DNA of 64,000 nucleotides, taken from NCBI RefSeq assembly GCF_009914755.1, contig NC_060944.1; one strand, written 5' to 3'. This document shows, piece by piece, positions 18,486-34,027 of the stretch. Source of the DNA: the human T2T-CHM13v2.0 reference genome, Homo sapiens. The notes under the pieces were generated by a model. That model was given only the letters and a program-made list of their open reading frames with translations, ran no database searches and had not been told where the DNA came from. A program made the position numbers and the translations under genes. Each line of letters starts with the position of its first letter. Positions within the stretch are counted from its first letter, which is position 1.

Positions 18486-19276
18486 CCAGATCTGAGTTTT
18501 AAATAGATGGTTCTAGCCAGTGTGTGGGCTGGGTTTGAAGGGGATGAGACTAAAAGGAGCAAGTCTGATTAGGGAGTCACTGCAGGTGCCCAGGTAAGAG
18601 ACGATAGGACCTCAACTAGGACCAGAAATGGAGGGGTAGAGAGAGAAGGTGAGCCTTGGAAGGTGTTTATAATGCAGAAAATATAATTGGGTTGGCCCCA
18701 CTTCTTCAAAAGACAGCAAATATGTGTTGAATACATTAGTGCATGCATGAATATTAATTGAGATTTTATTGGGCCTAGGAGAACTGCAGGGTAAGGTTGG
18801 GCAGGGTGGGCACTTCCCAAAGGCGCCAGTCATGGGGGTGAGGGCTGTAGGGTCCGCTCTGCACTCTGCTCACCAAGTGCAATACAGAGGTTTGCAGAGG
18901 GCAACATGGAGACCTAAGACAAAGATATAGCCCCCCAGGTGCTGACCGATTCGTAGACGTGAACTATGGCTATGACTGCATGCTAAATTGCTGATTCCGG
19001 CTAGGTGGGCAGAAGAGTTCTGAATAGGCTGATGCCATTTCTCTCCATGTTCTCCTGTAAGATAAGAGCTGGGCTTCTTGAACCAAAAAAGTTTTACTTT
19101 TTTCCTGGGGGTAGAATTAACCTTCAACCTGTTGACTCAAGTGTGTATTAACCAATAATCTAAATTAAAAACTTTAAAAAGTCAAGGCCGGTTATCAAGG
19201 TCCTCTGAAGTGTGATTTCAAGAGAAAATTTAGAAATATGAGAAACTCAATGTATTAAACACCAAAGGGCTTTATG

Positions 19277-19437
19277 TCAGTGGTTCTCAATCTTGGATGT
19301 GCATTAAAACATCTGGGGGCCCTTTTAAAATACTTAAACCTGGGCTGCATGCCCCGCGCTTTTGATTCAGTTTGAGAGGGGCAGAGCTCGGGGATCTGTA
19401 TTTACGTTATCATTCTCGGAACAGCTCTAGAGGGCAC
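19277..19437. mobile_element. MER5-family hAT MITE
   Basis: cagtggttctcaa terminus; tgattcagt core. Confidence 0.65.
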
Positions 19438-19662
19438 TGTCTGCCAGATGTTAGCTCACGCCCTGGCAGAAAACGCCATCGTGAGAACAGCAGGCACCAT
19501 TTTTCTGGACTTTTAAAATCATTAGCTTTCAGGCAAATACTGAGTAATCTCATTCACATGTAGAATCTATTTTTTAGCTTTTTAATTAAATTTTTTCCTT
19601 TTTAAAAAATTTATTTTATTAAAAATATTAGTTTATACAAAAAATTTAAAATTTCCTTTTTT

Positions 19663-19960
19663 AGAGATGGGGTCTTGCTATGTTGCCCAGGCTTGAGTAC
19701 AGTGGCTAGTCACAGGCCCAATCCCACTCCAAACAGCAAGGGAGTTTTGACCTGCTCCGTTTCCAACCTGCACTGGTTCACCCCTCCTTAGGCAACCTGG
19801 TAGTCCCCTGTTCCCAGGAGGTCACCGTATTGATGCCGAACTTAGTGCAGACACCCAATCAGCATTGCACACTACAGCCCAGAACTCCCAGCCTCAAGCG
19901 ATCCTCCTGCCTCAGGCTCCCAAGAAGCTGGGACCACAGGCATGTGCCACTGCACCCAGC
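19663..19960 (-). pseudogene. 7SL (SRP RNA) retro-pseudogene, full length
   Basis: Contains the S-domain that Alu lacks (gttttgacctgctccgtttcc...cccctccttaggcaacctgg...ggtcaccgtattgatgccgaacttagtgc). Confidence 0.95.
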
Positions 19961-19961
19961 A

Positions 19962-20325
19962 ACATGTGGAATCTAAGAAAGTTGATCATAGAAGCAGAGA
20001 GAATAGTGGTTACCAGATCCTGGGGAGGGGAGGGTTGGTCAACCAGTACAAAGTTACAGTTAAGAAGAATAAGTTCTGGTGTTCTATTATACAATAGAGT
20101 GACTATAACTATTAATAATAATAATGTATTATATATTTCAAGATAGCTAGAAGAGAGGATTTTGAATGTTAACACTACAAAGAAATAATAAATGCTTAAA
20201 GTGATAAATGTGCTAATTATGCTAATATGATTATTATACAATGTACCATGTATTAAAACATCATACTGTACCCCATAAATATGTAGAATTATGTGTCAAG
20301 TATAGATAAAATAAAACTAAAAAAA
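19962..20325 (+). mobile_element. L1MA 3' end
   Basis: L1MA 3'UTR motifs, gtaccccataaatatgta and A-rich end. Confidence 0.85.
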
Positions 20326-20655
20326 ATCGCTAGCTTTCATTACCTAGTTTTATTCACACATTATACTAAATCAATGCTCAAAAGTCTTGTTCATGTTCAG
20401 ACAAAACAATCAAGATTTATAAGTACAGGGAAGCTTCAAGTTGAAAAAATTGATATCCAAGAAGATTCCATCTTGATTTGAACTTAGGCACATTATCAAG
20501 CATTTGAAGGGCTAGTTGTTATCCCTTCTGTTGCAGCTGAAAGCCCTGATAAATTAGTTAGGTTGACATCTTAAATTCTCATGACAAATTTTGTTTCATC
20601 TCCCTGCCCCAAAGTAAGCCATAAATCAAGCTTTACAAGGACTTAGAGGACTTTT

Positions 20656-21039
<384 letters not shown>

Positions 21040-21864
21040 TCAGCTGCCTGCTCCCCTGTGGCTTTTAGCAATTTCTTCTTCTGTTTCCGCATCAGTGTAA
21101 TTAGCAAAAGGCACCATATCCCTGAGGACAACACCCACAAAAATATGAGACTCTACAGCAAGTACTTGCAAAACCTAGAAAAGACACATACCCCTCCCCT
21201 AACATGCTTCAATTCCAAGACAACTCATTAATTCATAGAGTAATGTATGTGAGCAAACAGAGAAAATTATGAACTCCAAAGTGAAACCTGGCTAAAGATG
21301 TGTAATATAATAAATATATTTACATGCAAAAATAAAGATATCTACATGTGACATATATATGGATCCATATATATGGTGGGATTATTTATTTATAGTAGAA
21401 TTCCCCAAACTTTCTCAGCTCATTGCACCCTGAGCATCTCAGTAATTTTTCACAGCACCTCCTAGGCCAACAAGAATACCCCAAACTTCCATTATTAGGT
21501 TCATACAACACAAGTATTTAGTAGCCACTGAAAAAATACACATAACTCCTAAAAAATTTACTTCCCCCTAAAATAAACATCCTTAAATAAGTTAAATATG
21601 AACGTGCCTACTGGGCACTCCACAACTTCTCAAATCCGGAGTCTGGTTGGAACTGACACCTTCACTGCCTGCACCACCACGGACCTTCAATGGTACTTTT
21701 TTTTTTGTCACAGCAAACACTGGAAAGTCAGCTTCGCAAATATATAATATCATTAAAAGGAAGGAGCATGGTCTAATGATGAAATGTGAAATACGTCAAG
21801 CCAGTCTCAACCTCTCCGAGGCTCAGTTTCCTCACCCTGGAAAGGTAATAAAATAAATGCATGC

Positions 21865-22164
21865 TTTTTTTTTTTTTTTCCTTCGGAGATGCAGTCTTGC
21901 TCTGTTGCCCAGGCTGGAGTACAGTGGGCGATCTCGGCTCACTGCAACCTCCGCCTCCTGGGTTCAAGCAATTCTCCTGCCTCAGTCTCTGGAGTAGCTA
22001 GGATTACATGTGCCCGCCACCACGCCCGGCAGATTTTTGTATTTTTAGTAGACATGGGTTTTCACCATATTGGCCAGGCTGGTCTCAAGCTCCTGATCTC
22101 TTGATCCACCCGCCTCGGCCTTCCAAAGTGCTGGGATTACAGGTGTGAGCCACCGCACCTGGCC
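21865..22164 (-). mobile_element. AluS inserted in a MIR
   Basis: Full dimer; TSD aatgcatgc. Confidence 0.95.
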
Positions 22165-22218
22165 AATGCATGCCTTCCCTACTTAACAGTTGTGAAAAAT
22201 GAGTGGGATAAAGTGTAA

Positions 22219-22642
<424 letters not shown>

Positions 22643-22680
22643 TTAAATACTATGTATTTTGAAAATTATCATCATCTTTA

Positions 22681-23160
22681 AATCTTGCTACTCAGCATGG
22701 CCCCAGGACCAGCAGCAGTGAGAGCTTGTGAGATGAGCCGAGATTGCGCCATTGCACTCCAGCCCCGGCAACAAGAGCGAAACTCCGTCTCAAAAAAAAA
22801 AAAAAAAAAAAAAAAAAAGAAATGCAGATTCTCGGGCTTCATCTCAGACTTGCTGAATCAACACCTGCATTTTAACAAGATGCCCAGGTGTTTATGTGCA
22901 CATTAAACTTTAGGATGGGAGCCAAACGATAAGAACTTTTGAACACAAAGGAGGAAACAACAGACACGGGTCTACTTGATGGGGGAGGGTGGGAGGAGGG
23001 AGAGGAGCAGAAAAGATAACTATTGGGTACTGGGCTTAATACCTGGGTGATGAAATAATATGTACAACAAGCCGCCATGACACGTGTTTACCTACGTGAC
23101 CTTCACATGTACCCCCAAACCTAAAATAAAAGTTAAAAAAAAATTTAGGGAACACCAGTT
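22681..23160. mobile_element. MER5A carrying a 5'-truncated Alu (22734-22818, +) and an old L1PA 3' end (~22915-23143, +)
   Basis: MER5A gaaatgcagattctc...gaatca...cattttaacaagat; nested fragments visible. Confidence 0.75.
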
Positions 23161-23169
23161 CAATTTATT

Positions 23170-24788
23170 TACATTATTTTAAATTGGATAGTTTTAGTAA
23201 ACTTACTTCTTCCAATCACAATGTAGTAGAAATCAATAACATAGGGAAATCTTGGAAATATCCAAAGGTTTGGAAATTAAATGACACACTTCTAAATAAC
23301 CCATAGATCAAAGAAGAAATCACGGAAATTAGAAAAATATTGAAACTGAATGAAAATTAAAACACAACATGTCAAAACAAATGGAATGCCTCTAAAATAA
23401 TACTTAGAGGAATGCTTATAGCACTAAACACCTATATTTTAAAAGAAAAAGGTCTCAAATCAATTACCTATGCTTCCACTTCAGGAACCCAGAAAAAGAA
23501 GAACAAATCGAACCCACACTAAATGGAAAGAGAAACTAGTAAAGATCAGAGCAGCTGGGCACAGTGGCTCACGCCTGTAATTCCAGCACTTTGGGAGGCC
23601 GTGGCAGGCAGATCATGAGCTCAAGAGATCAAGACCATCCTGGCCAACATGGTGAAACCCCGTCTCTACTAAAAATACAAAAATTAGCTGGGCATGGTGG
23701 TACACGCCTGTAGTCCCAGCTCCTTGGGTGGCTGAGGCAGGAGAATCACTTGAGCCCTGGAGGCGGAGGTTGCAGTGAGCCGAGACTGTGCCAGAGCCAA
23801 AATCAATAAAACAGAAAATAAAAACAATAGAAAAATCAATGAAACATAAAAAGTTGGTTATTTGAAAAGTCAACAAAATTGATAACTGTTTAGCTAGACT
23901 GACAAGAAAAAGAGAATGAAGATATAAACTTCCAAAATAATCAAGATGAAGGAGGATGCATCACTGCATGCCCAACAGAAATCATAAGAATTAAAAGGAA
24001 CTATTACAACTTTATGTCAATAAATTAAACAAGTTAGATGAACCAAATTCCAAGCCAGGAAACTACTAAAACTGACTCAAAATAACATAAAATCTGAATA
24101 TGTTAACATCAGTTATAGTTAGTAATTTTATCCATTAGGATTAGTAATTTAAAATCTTCTCACAAGGAAATCCCAGGCCCAGATTGTTTCCCCAGAATTC
24201 GTTTGATGAAGTCCCTTGTAAATTCTATCAAACATTTAACGAAAATGAATGGGCTAGTACAATCCAACACAAATTCTATAAATAAGTATTATAGAAAGGT
24301 AAAGAACAATTTCCAACTCATTTTATTAAGCCAGTATTACCCTGACACCAAAGCTAAAGACATCATAAGAAAAGAAGACTATGGGTCAGGTGCAGTGTCT
24401 CATGCCTGTAATCACAGGATTTTGGAAGGCCAAGGTGGGTGGATCACTTGAGGCCAGAAGTTTGAAACCAATCTGGCCAACATGGCAAAACCATGTCTCA
24501 TCTCTACTAAAAATCAAAAATAAAAATAAAAATAAATCAGCTGGGCGTGGTGGTACATGCCTGTAATCCCAGCTACTTGGGAGGCTGAGGCATGAGAATC
24601 ATGATGAACCTGGGAAGTGGAGGTTGCAGTGAGCTGACAGCATGCCTCTGCACTCCAGCCTGGATGACAGAGCGAGACTCTGTCTCAAAAAAAGAAAAGA
24701 AGACTGAACAAATAGCTCTCATGAACAAAGATGCAAAATCCTTAACAAAATATTAACAAATGAAACCCAAGAACATATAAAAAGAAAT
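23170..24788 (+). mobile_element. Degenerate L1M ORF2 fragment with nested Alus (23555-23792, 24384-24700)
   Basis: L1 ORF2 homology (aaagatcagagc, ccaggcccagat, catgaacaaagatgcaaaatcctt). Confidence 0.85.
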
Positions 24789-25205
24789 TGTGGTGGTTTT
24801 CACAAATAGCCACAAATACTTTGATACTGCTCCCTTTAAACTATGAATCCTAACTGTCCTCTTGATTGTGGGCTGAACTTAGTGGGTTACCTCTAATGAA
24901 AAGAATGCAGTGGAACTGGCAGTGTTAGGATCCCAAGGGTAGGTCACAAAAGGCATTGTGGCTTTCTCTTTGCTCCTTCTCTATTTTCCTTATTATCTCT
25001 GGGGAAAGCCAGTTAATGTGTAATCGGTCCACTCACACAGCCCTGCACCCTATGGAGAGGCAGACATGGCAATGAACTGAGCCTCCTGCCAACACCCAGC
25101 AAGGAACTGAAGCCTCCTGCCAAGAGCCATGTGAGTGAACCACCCTGAAATTGCATCCTCCAGGCCCAAGCAATGCATCAGACTACTGCAGCCCTGGTTG
25201 ACATG
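24789..25205 (+). mobile_element. MLT1 (MaLR) LTR
   Basis: tgtggtgg start; aaggaactgaagcctcctgccaa...gccatgtgagtga...gactgcagccctgg. Confidence 0.8.
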
Positions 25206-25224
25206 GTTTTTTTCTTTTAAGCTC

Positions 25225-26140
25225 CTTTATTATTTTGTTGAGGTGAAATGCATATAACATAAATCAACCATTTTTTAAAAGTACCTAATTTAGTGGCATT
25301 TAGCATATTACAGTGTTATGCAACCACCACTCCTTTCAAGTTCCAAAACATTTTCATGACTCTCCTCTCAAAAGCAAAACCATGCCCATTAAACAGTCAC
25401 TCCCCATTCTCCCCTCCCTCTAGCCCCTGGCAACCATCAATCTGTCTTCATGAATTTACCCATTCTGGATATTTTATATAAATAGAATTATATAATATGT
25501 GACCTTCTATGTCTGACCTTTTTCACTTAGCATACTGTTTTTGAGGCTTATCCACATTGTAGTAGGTATCAGTACTTCATTCCTTTTCATGGCTGAACAA
25601 TATTCCATTGTGTGCATATGCCACATTTTGTTTATCCATTCATCAGTTGATGTACATTTGGGTTGGTTCTATCTTTTGGTTATTGTGAATAGTGCTGCTA
25701 TGAACATTTGTGTACAGATATTTATGTAGCTGTGTTTAATTCTATTGGGTGTATAACTATGAGTGAAATTGTCAGATAACGTGGTAATCCCGTTTTACTT
25801 CCTGCCAAATTGACAAACTGTTTCCCACACCAGCTTCATCATTTTACATTCCCACCAGCACTATCCCAGAGTTCCAATTTCTCCACTTCCTCACCAATAT
25901 TTGTTATTTTCCTTTTAATTTTTTAAAATATGGCCAGACTAGACTCTCATTGTGGTTTTGATTTGCATTTCCCTAATGATTAATGATGTTGAGTATCTTT
26001 TCAAATGCTTATTTGCCATTTGTATATCTTCTTCCAAGAAATATCCTTTGCTTAGTTTTGAATTGGGTTGTTTATTACGATGTTGAGTTTTAGGAGTTCT
26101 CCGTGTATTTTGGATATTAATTCCATATCAAATATGTAAT
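25225..26140 (-). mobile_element. L1MB 3' end
   Basis: Typical L1M 3'UTR on the - strand. Confidence 0.9.
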
Positions 26141-26143
26141 TTA

Positions 26144-26520
<377 letters not shown>

Positions 26521-26776
26521 CTACGTATGGAATCCCCCTGAGAGCTCAGTCCTCTTTCTATGCCCTTGTGAAGGAACAGTGCACAACCTCATTTATTGCC
26601 AGGTAGAGAAAAAAAGTGCAGACAAACCAGAGAATTCTTCTCTAACAAAAAGTTGAGTGAGCGGCTGGAGAAAGCCAAGGCTTCTCACATATCGTTCCCT
26701 GCAGCAGAGCTCTCTCATGTGATCACCCCCAGCATCTGCAGCCTGTAGCCTCTAGATTGAAATCTTTTTTTTTAAA

Positions 26777-26974
26777 TATCCCCCGAGGGTTGAACATTCC
26801 TGGAGGTACTCAATACCAGGTCCATGTGTGGAGTGGATGGAGCAAGCTCCTATTCCATCTCCCTGCTCAAAAAATCCATTTACTATATTGTCCTCAGATA
26901 AAGGACATATCAGCATATTAAACTGGTAAGAACAGATTCTACACTTGAACTTAACCAAAAGGCCAAGAAGCGAT
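26777..26974 (-). pseudogene. U2 snRNA retro-pseudogene, full length plus 3' trailer and poly(A)
   Basis: Reverse complement reads ATCGCTTCTTGGCCTTTTGG...GTGTAG...GATTTTTTGAG (Sm site)...GTACCTCCAGG; TSD ctaga(t/g)tgaaatct at 26752-26765 and 26975-26988. Confidence 0.97.
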
Positions 26975-27177
26975 CTAGAGTGAAATCTTATCTGTAAGCC
27001 CTGGACAAACCCCCTTCTTCCACCTATCCCCAGGAAACAGGCCTTCCTACACAGAAGGATAGGAAATCCACACAAATCACAGAATCCTTTCCATAACAGA
27101 CAGGGAGGACCCACCAGACATATGATGAAACCAGCAGTGTGGAAGAGAAGTCAAAGGAAACAAACAGGAAAACTGAT

Positions 27178-27552
27178 GCAGGTTGAATATCCCTTATCAG
27201 AAATGCATGGGACCAGAAGTGCTTTGGATTCAGATTTTTTTGAGTTTTGGAATATTGCATATACATCATGAGATATCTTGGAGATCAAACCCAAGCCTAA
27301 ACATAAAATTCACTTATGTTTCAGACACACCTTATACATATAGCCTGAAGGTAATTTTATACAATATTTTAATAACTTTTGCATAAAATTAAGTTTGTGT
27401 GCATTGAACCATCAGAAGCAAAGATGCCACTCTCTCAGCCACCCATGTGGACAATCTGTGGTTCCCTGGCATCACCATCATTCCTGACTGTGAATGTCTA
27501 TGTTCTCAACAAGCAATCATTTTCTTACACTTACATTGTGACCTATCACATG
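27178..27552. mobile_element. Tigger4/MER46 (Zombi) DNA transposon missing one terminus
   Basis: TIR caggttgaatatccctta at the left end; internal Tigger4 homology; no matching right TIR. Confidence 0.8.
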
Positions 27553-27607
27553 TAATGTGATCCATCATGTGACCCATCACATGTAATGATTGCTGAGGCA
27601 GCAAAAT

Positions 27608-27878
27608 CATTCTCCTCCCTCAGCCTCCCGAGTATTTGGGATTACAGGCACCTGCCACCATGCCCGGCTAATTTTTGTAATTTTAGTAGTGAGGGGGTTT
27701 CACCGTGTTGGCCAGGCTGGTCTCAAGCTCCTGATCTCTTGATCCACCCGCCTCGGCCTTCCAAAGTGCTGGGATTACAGGTGTGAGCCACCGCACCTGG
27801 CCAATGCATGCCTTCCCTACTTAACAGTTGTGAAAAATGAGTGGGATAAAGTGTAAAAAATATCTCTCAGCACTATAA
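27608..27878 (-). repeat. Chimeric partial Alu plus flank; 27708-27878 is an exact copy of 22070-22240
   Basis: 171 bp identical by eye, offset 5638. Confidence 0.95.
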
Positions 27879-28069
27879 GTGATCTCATTGTGCTATGTTA
27901 GTATTTTTGAGTGCCTATTAAAAGGCCTAATTAAAAATATTAAAGTAATTATATTCTTTATCCCTTAGTTTCTTTTTCTATGTAATGACTATTAGGGCAG
28001 AATATCTTCCTCAGGGCATGATAAAAGATAAAAGATAGATAACAATGCAAGATATAAAATACCCAAATA

Positions 28070-28470
28070 AAGGAAATTATGCTAAGTAAAATAAGCCAGG
28101 CACAGAAAGCCAAATACTGCATGACCTCACTTACATGTGGAATTTTTAGAAGTTGAACTTAAAGAAGCAGAGAATGGAATGGTGGTTGCCAGGGGCTGGG
28201 GACAGGGATGGGGAGATATTGGTCGAAGTGTATAAAGGATTTATTGTATAGCAAGGTGACTATAACTAATAATAGTGTATACTTGGAAATTGCTAAGACA
28301 GTCGATCTAAATATTCTCACAGCAAAAAATGGTAAGTATGTGAGGTGACAAATATGTTAATTAGTTTAATTTAATCATTTCACAGTGTATATATACATAT
28401 ATCTAAACATCACATTGTACAACATAAATATATACAATTATTATTTCTCTATTATACCTTAATAAAACTA
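28070..28470 (+). mobile_element. L1MA/MB 3' end
   Basis: atgctaagtaaaataagccaggcacagaaag...tataccttaataaa. Confidence 0.85.
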
Positions 28471-28839
28471 GGGATAAATTAAAATGAAATCAAATTAAAT
28501 ATCCAAATAATTAGGTTTCAAGCTTCCAATTAAAGATTTCACTCTCATCTTAGAATTTCAGTTGGGGAAGCAAAAAGATGCAGCTACAAGGGTAACGTTT
28601 ACACAGAGAATGGCATTTGAATGAAGCTCAGTTCCAACTGCTAGCTTACCACCCTCAGCCCCTTCCTTAACCAATGTATGTAAAGGATGCTGAGGCTGGT
28701 GTGGATTTCCTATGCTATTGTTTATTAAGATCTGTTCCCTGGGGATAGGTGGAAGAAGGGGACCCAATATAGGAGGAACCTTGACTTTCTCTGGAAAATA
28801 CGCCAATTTTTGTTAGAGAAGAATATGATGTAGTGATGT

Positions 28840-28842
<3 letters not shown>

Positions 28843-28882
<40 letters not shown>
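28843..28882. repeat. (GA)n microsatellite
   Basis: Directly visible. Confidence 0.97.
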
Positions 28883-28884
<2 letters not shown>

Positions 28885-28940
28885 TATAATACACACAAAT
28901 GTATGTAGAATCCATTGTTCTACACGATGAGAATCTATTG

Positions 28941-29825
28941 TTGTAATATTTGGTGTTTGACCCCTGGTTCCTAACACAGAGCTCCTTAAGGCCTTTGTAA
29001 TTTCCTCAGTGATGGCGTCTGACACAGAGTTCTAAATCCCTTGGAATTTCCTGAGTGACAGGAGCATCTTTTGTTCTCAGGACCCGACGCGTGGTTTGCT
29101 CCTGGATGGCCTCATAATGGGGGCTGGTTGCCAGGGGAACCAACCTTGTGATTAGAAGGTTGAAACTTTCAGCCCCACCCCTGACCTCCAGGGAGCCGGG
29201 AGAGGCTGAAGGCTGAGTTGATCACCCGTGGCCAATGATTTAATCAGTCATGGCTAGGTAATGATGCTTCCCTAAACCCAAAGGACTGGGTTTGGGGAGC
29301 TTCCAGATAGCTGAACACTTGGGGGTTCTGGAGGGTGGTGAGCCCAGGGAGGGCAGGGAAGCTTCGTGCGCCTTCCCACACACCTCACCCCACACATCTC
29401 TTAAGCTGGCCACTCAACTGTATCCTTGCCAGAGCCTTATAATAAATGGGTGAATGCAAGTAAAGTGTTTCCCTGAGTTCTGTGAGCTGCTCTAGCAAAT
29501 TAATCAAACCTAAGGAGGACGTCATGGGAGCCCCAAATCCAAATCTGAGCTGGCCAGTGGAGGTAGAGGTGACAACTTACTATGTGCAACTGGCACCTGA
29601 AGTGGGGGCAATCTTGTGGGACCAAGCCCTCCACCTGTGGGATCTGATTCTCCAGGTGAATAGTGTCAGAATTGAATTATAGGACGCCCAGCTGGAGTCC
29701 ACAGAGAATTGGTTCGTGTGTGTGGGAACCCACCCCCAACCCCAGGTGTCAGAAGTGTTGTGTTGAGTGACATGTGTATCAGCGTGGAGGAAGAAACACT
29801 TTGGTTTTTCTTCTCTCTCTTGTAA
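28941..29825 (+). mobile_element. MER21-family LTR
   Basis: aaatcccttggaatttcctgagtga, aaactttcagccccaccc, gtgtttccctgagttctgtgagc. Confidence 0.8.
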
Positions 29826-30169
29826 GAGTCCTTGTTTTATTTATTTCCTTCACCCAGGTCTCAGTGTTCTCATCAGTAAAAAGGGATAACACGCCTCACT
29901 TCAAGGATGGTTGTGAGGAGTGAAGACAGAGCCTGGCACACGGTGGGGATTAGTTCGTGATCACTAGTCTGCTTAGTGATGAATTCAAGTTCATGCTCAT
30001 GTCATTCTCTTAGGGACATACAGCACACTAGGGGAGGTTAAAGATGCTTGCACACATGCCCACAACACATCTTTGATGGTTTCACAGTGTTCTCCCCGCA
30101 GCAGTGTTCCCGAAAGTCCAGGTCATACATTGCAGTATGTGACTCTGCCACCAGAGAGGGGCCTCTATG

Positions 30170-30792
<623 letters not shown>

Positions 30793-31738
30793 CTAGAGTG
30801 GAAATGGACAAACAACGTGGTTTCCGTGGCCCACATTTACTTATCCTGTCTTCCATTTTCTAAGACATTAAAAATATGCATCAACCTAGACCAGTGTCCT
30901 AGGCTACGTCATGAGGCACCCTCTGAAGCAGAAGGTTTCACTGTGGAATACAGGAATGAACCTACCAGGACATAACAGGACCAGAATGTTAAAGAATAGT
31001 TGTAAGGAAAGTGCATCATTGCACCCAATTGTGACTTCCCTTAAAAAGCTGCTGGTTATAATGAAACAGACAAGACAAAGTACACCAGAGCAGATATCAC
31101 TACAAACAATCAGAGCCTTGGCTGCTGTAATTGTCACGGCTCCATAATACCATCCTTTTCTAAGAAGTTGAGATCATTTGCAGTTGTGACTTCATTTAGC
31201 CAAACAACAAGCCTATCCATAGGTGGGCTATTATCATTCCCACTATGCCTCATGCAATGAGGACTGCCTCAAGGTTACCTGGGAAATTGGCCATAAAGAC
31301 GAGATTGGAAACTTAGTTTTCATTAAGTTTTCACTTTCATTTTTGACCAATTACAGCTTGCCACCACTGGCAAGGCTCACAAGACATTTGGAAAAATGCC
31401 ATCCAAATGTGAAAATGGCAATATTAAGCCTTCGGTGCTTGAAACACTCTCCAAAAGAAGATTGTCTTATATCACTAAAGAAACTGTAGAACATCTCTGG
31501 CTAACACACATGCCAAAAGCCCTGAGGTCTTTCACGTGTCATACCATGAAAATAAAATTTTAAAAAAAGATAAGAAGAAGTAGTAAAAATGAGGAGATAA
31601 AATCAGAAACATTCCTTTTCAACAAAACAGTGCAGGTAAGGGTGAGAGCAGTTCCTTCTGGAGCCCTCTAGTAAGAGGTGTTATAATACACATGAGAGGA
31701 AATCAAAGAAAGGGAAGACATACGTTGAAATGATTTGC

Positions 31739-31917
31739 CTTATTAAGACATCTAATTTTAATCTCCAGTTAACTGCAATCTTCTTCATATTGAGTGTACT
31801 TTTCAGTGACAATCAAGCAATCTGAAGCAGCTGGAGTTCTTCTTGGTCAACGCATGGACCTCCAACCTTTCAGGCATTCATGATCCCACATGATTGACAG
31901 AAGTCTCCACTCTTGAG
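31739..31917 (-). pseudogene. Candidate pseudo-exon (179 nt, phase 0 to 2)
   Basis: tgtttttag|LKSGDFCQSCGIMNA*KVGGPCVDQEELQLLQIA*LSLKSTLNMKKIAVNWRLKLDVLI-AG|gcaaat; both stops are TGA; donor is non-canonical or decayed. Confidence 0.45.
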
Positions 31918-33014
31918 CTAAAAACATGTCAGCCTGTTGTAATATGAAGCTTCTTTCCTAAGTCAGAAAAGTTAATGACAAATGTAATCAAAACACAGTT
32001 TTAAAATAAAATTGAAAGCATCTCTCTACAGCATTGATTTTAGAGTTTGGTTTCTACCTGGCCCAGTAATGCAACGCTTTCCTAGTAGACACCTCAAGAC
32101 TTCAGGGCATCTTGGGAAGTGGGATGGAGCCCTAGACCTGGCTTTGAGGGCTGGCGCTGTGCAATCACCTGGGTGACCTCACACAAACCCCAGTCCCTAT
32201 GTCTAGAACCTTCATCACAAAGGAATGGGCCAAACCAGAAGACTTCTGAGGCCCCTTTCTTGAACTTTCACCTGCTTATAAGTGAATTTGCTTGAGTAGA
32301 CTAGACATCATATTGAGAAGCCAGAATAGAGAAAAAGGAAAAAAAAATAGACTAGAGAACATCACTGCACACTTTTTTGGCCACACCTGGAGCCAGCTTG
32401 TGTCCCCCTTTGTGACATGTGCCTCTGCATCAGCAGAGAATATCTGATTGAACTTTGCACGCCAACAGAATGTTAAAGGCCTTTTTACACTTACTACATT
32501 GCCTTGTGATTATTTTTTTCTACCTCGTCATTTCCCCAATGAGACTATGAGCATCTTGGGTCCAGGAACAGGGTCCCTCCCCTTTGAATCCCAGGGGCTC
32601 AGCTGAGCAGGACACTGTAAACCCCTGATAAATGGCTGTTAGCTGTCTACATACATTATAGCATGTTGTCACACTAATATAACAGAATGTATTTATAAAT
32701 ATATAAATATATTTCTTATATAAATGAATATATTTATAATTAATATATATTTTGTTTTTAAAATTAATCTAATTAGTCATAATCCAAGATAACCTTCCTG
32801 TTTCTTAAAAAAAAAAAAGACACAGTCCTGAAAAAAATCTGTTCCCTGGCAAAAAAACCCCACAAACTTGCACATCAATTAATTATTTTTCTTCTTATTT
32901 TTCTTTTCCTGCTTCTACCCCTGCATCAATAAATTTAAGCAGGCAAGATAATGAAACCCATTCATCTTATATTTTCAGTAGAATGTTGAACTCTACGGAA
33001 CTCAAAATATATAA

Positions 33015-33339
<325 letters not shown>

Positions 33340-34027
33340 CTGAATTCATTTTTGTAACAATTTTGAACAATAAGAAGTTGGAAGATGATAAAAAACCTAA
33401 TCATTTAAATATCTGATCCTTGCTGGAACCCATAAATCAATTCTAGAACTCTGGACTTTCAATTCACTGAATTAGTAATTTCTTTCTTAGTGTCTGTCTT
33501 TTTAAAGATGATCACTTTATAGTCAATAATAGCACAGATCCTTTTATTTCATTTTGTAAAGGCCCAGTTTCATTAGAAGCACAGAATGTCATGTGTACAA
33601 AAGAAGAAAACATTCTGATGAAAATTTTTATTTTTAACAATCTGTTTTCCAGCTGTCCAAACAACTAGTGGCCACCAGGGCACCCGCAGTCTCCTCCCTT
33701 GTGTCCCTGAAGCTCATCAAGAGTTGCTCAACAGCCCGCAGAACCACGTGCCTGTCTCATTGTCCTTATCTTCCCATTTCAAGGTTTGAACCAACCCTTG
33801 AGTACAGTCCTTACCGAGTCAGCCCCGAGTGCCTTAGGGAAAGAAGTGAGACCGGGCATATCCCCTGGGAGGGGAAACATGTTGCAGCACATCATGACAA
33901 AAATATCAAGACAGAAGTTTATAAAATGTGCTAGGAAAATCGAAGGAAGAGGGTGGGGGTGGGAAAACTTCAGAGAAGCAGCGACAACTTATGCTGGACC
34001 TGAAGGATGAATAAGAGCTGCCAGAGG

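Noticed and set aside
33390-33600. Protein-like - strand reading (ICAIIDYKVIIFKK...KSRVLELIYGFQQG)
   Set aside because: Acceptor AG absent and several stops; may belong to the fossil gene but boundaries cannot be set
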